From Chrysemys picta bellii (taxonomy: Eukaryota): DNA of 64,000 bases. A model generated the notes under the pieces. That model saw nothing but the letters and a program-made list of their open reading frames with translations. It was not told the DNA's origin and ran no database searches. Of the stretch, positions 62,944 through 64,000 are shown in pieces. How positions within the stretch are numbered: position 1 is the stretch's first letter; every line of letters begins with the position of its first letter. The stretch lies in contig NC_088794.1 in the NCBI RefSeq assembly GCF_011386835.1, forward strand, positions 2,046,001 to 2,110,000, given 5' to 3'. The translations under genes and the position numbers were made by a program.

Positions 62944-64000
62944 ATGGCCGCAATTTTTTCTGGCGTCTCGCGGCTCTTCCAGCCGGCCTTGGGGTGCCTC
63001 TCGACGGAAACCAGCTGCCAAGGCCTGACGCCCTGGTACTTCCTCGTTGGCCTGCGCCTGGTGACTCTGGTCCTGGCCAGCGGGCCCTGGGACTCGGACC
63101 AGTCCATCCTAGCCTGCGACTGGCTCTCGGAAAAGGCCGGGCCCCAGACCTTCTGCAATGCACTCTGCTACAACCAGCACTTCCCGGCCCCCATGTTCAG
63201 CATCTGGGGCTTCGCCTTCCTGGCCACCATCTTCACCATCGGGCTGATGCAGCTCGTACGGAGCAGGAACGTCCAGGTGTTTGTAGTGGACAGGGACGTG
63301 GAGGGGTCGGCACCTGCTGGAACATCCAATATGGCCGCCGGACCAAACGTGGCCACCGATGTCAAGCCGCTCGAGGCAGCCAATATGGCCGACAACGCCA
63401 AGCCACTTGACCAATCCAAGACGACCGCTGGCGAGCCCTGGCGCCACCTTGTCTTTGGCCTGTGTGTGGGGCTGCTCCTGGCCACAGAGATGAGCTTCCT
63501 GTGGGCTGTGCTGGCCCTGCAGATGCCGGCCATGTTGGCGACCTCCTTCCGCTGCGTCCCAGGGAGCCCAGCCTGCCCCTCGGTCCTGGAGTGCACCCTC
63601 CCGGGCCGGGCCGACAAACGCATGGCGCTGGCCACCTTGGCCTTCACAGCCTGTGTCAACATGGCCGCCTGCCTGGGTTATGGGATTGTGGAGCTGAGAA
63701 ATGGGGCCTGTTGCCAGGGGCAACAGGGGGCGGGGGAAGGAGAGGGCTGTGGGGAGTGTGGGGGTGAGGGGGACTGTGGGGTGTGTGGAAGGAGCTGTGA
63801 GGGGGAGGCAGAGGCTGTGGGGGGAGTGGAGGGGGAAGGGGCGATTGTGGTGGAGAGGGGGGGCTGTGGGGAGGGTGGGGGTGAGATGGGGGGCTGTGAG
63901 GTGTGTGGAAGGGCCAGGGCAGAGGAGGAGAGTAGAGGGGACAGGGGGGATGAGTGGGGAGGGGGTATGGAGATGCAGGAGATAGATGGAGGGAAGGAGG
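62944..64000 (+). CDS. Highly divergent connexin-like four-TM protein; ORF open past the window end (at least 352 aa)
   Basis: Polypyrimidine tract then CAG|ATG at 62944, with no stop through 64000 (so it is absent from the ORF track). TM1 with Arg (LRLVTLVLASGPWDSDQS), E1 C..FCNALCYNQHFP..W, TM3 with Glu (LLATEMSFLW), E2 FRC..ACPSVLEC..GRADK, TM4 (..GYGIVEL). These mirror connexin FRIL...WGDEQS..C..C...CYD..FP...W and FxC..PCP...C..SRPTEK. Confidence 0.85.
   Translation, partial: MAAIFSGVSRLFQPALGCLSTETSCQGLTPWYFLVGLRLVTLVLASGPWDSDQSILACDWLSEKAGPQTFCNALCYNQHFPAPMFSIWGFAFLATIFTIGLMQLVRSRNVQVFVVDRDVEGSAPAGTSNMAAGPNVATDVKPLEAANMADNAKPLDQSKTTAGEPWRHLVFGLCVGLLLATEMSFLWAVLALQMPAMLATSFRCVPGSPACPSVLECTLPGRADKRMALATLAFTACVNMAACLGYGIVELRNGACCQGQQGAGEGEGCGECGGEGDCGVCGRSCEGEAEAVGGVEGEGAIVVERGGCGEGGGEMGGCEVCGRARAEEESRGDRGDEWGGGMEMQEIDGGKE

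Noticed and set aside
62264-63163. Phe/Ser/Leu-rich minus-strand ORFs of 228-299 aa (also 45179-45952 and 39044-39574)
   Set aside because: Antisense translations of purine-rich intron sequence. The hydrophobicity is compositional, apart from embedded true exons already assigned.
62944-64000. Assignment to GJE1/Cx23, GJC3 or another named connexin; or to pannexin/innexin/claudin
   Set aside because: Six extracellular cysteines (GJE1 has four; pannexins have two per loop), connexin-type CY..FP..W and R..DK motifs, and spacing that fits no named connexin I know. Symbol left blank.

Overview
Vertebrate genomic DNA, most likely a GC-rich turtle microchromosome; the taxon is inferred from repeat families I recall as turtle-type (Penelope-like elements, CR1, two GC-rich minisatellites). 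There is a 500-N gap at 34052-34551. Gene order: 3' half of SEZ6L2 (+), a TE-rich 14-kb spacer, PAGR1 (+), a single-coding-exon DUSP14-like phosphatase (+), HIRIP3 (-), TNFRSF12A/Fn14 (-), an intact 18-exon, 711-aa complement factor B/C2-like gene (-), and a tandem pair of very divergent connexin-like genes (+), one pseudogenised and one open to the window end. Two things stand out. (1) The factor B/C2 paralogue has lost both MIDAS aspartates and the Ba/Bb scissile Arg-Lys, yet has a trypsin-type activation site (R|VFRG), a D189/G226 S1 pocket and a full catalytic triad. That suggests a Bf/C2-scaffold protease that is not a classical convertase. (2) The connexin-like pair has non-canonical extracellular cysteine spacing (C-X12-C-X3-C and C-X6-C-X5-C) and repeat-built cytoplasmic domains. 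Also seen: four hammerhead-ribozyme motifs in Penelope-like repeats, a long hairpin in the predicted SEZ6L2 3' UTR, and tandem YY1-, CCAAT- and CTCF-motif arrays. Homopolymer frameshifts in SEZ6L2, HIRIP3 and TNFRSF12A look like assembly errors. All exon models were read by hand and orthologue comparisons are from memory; no database search was run.
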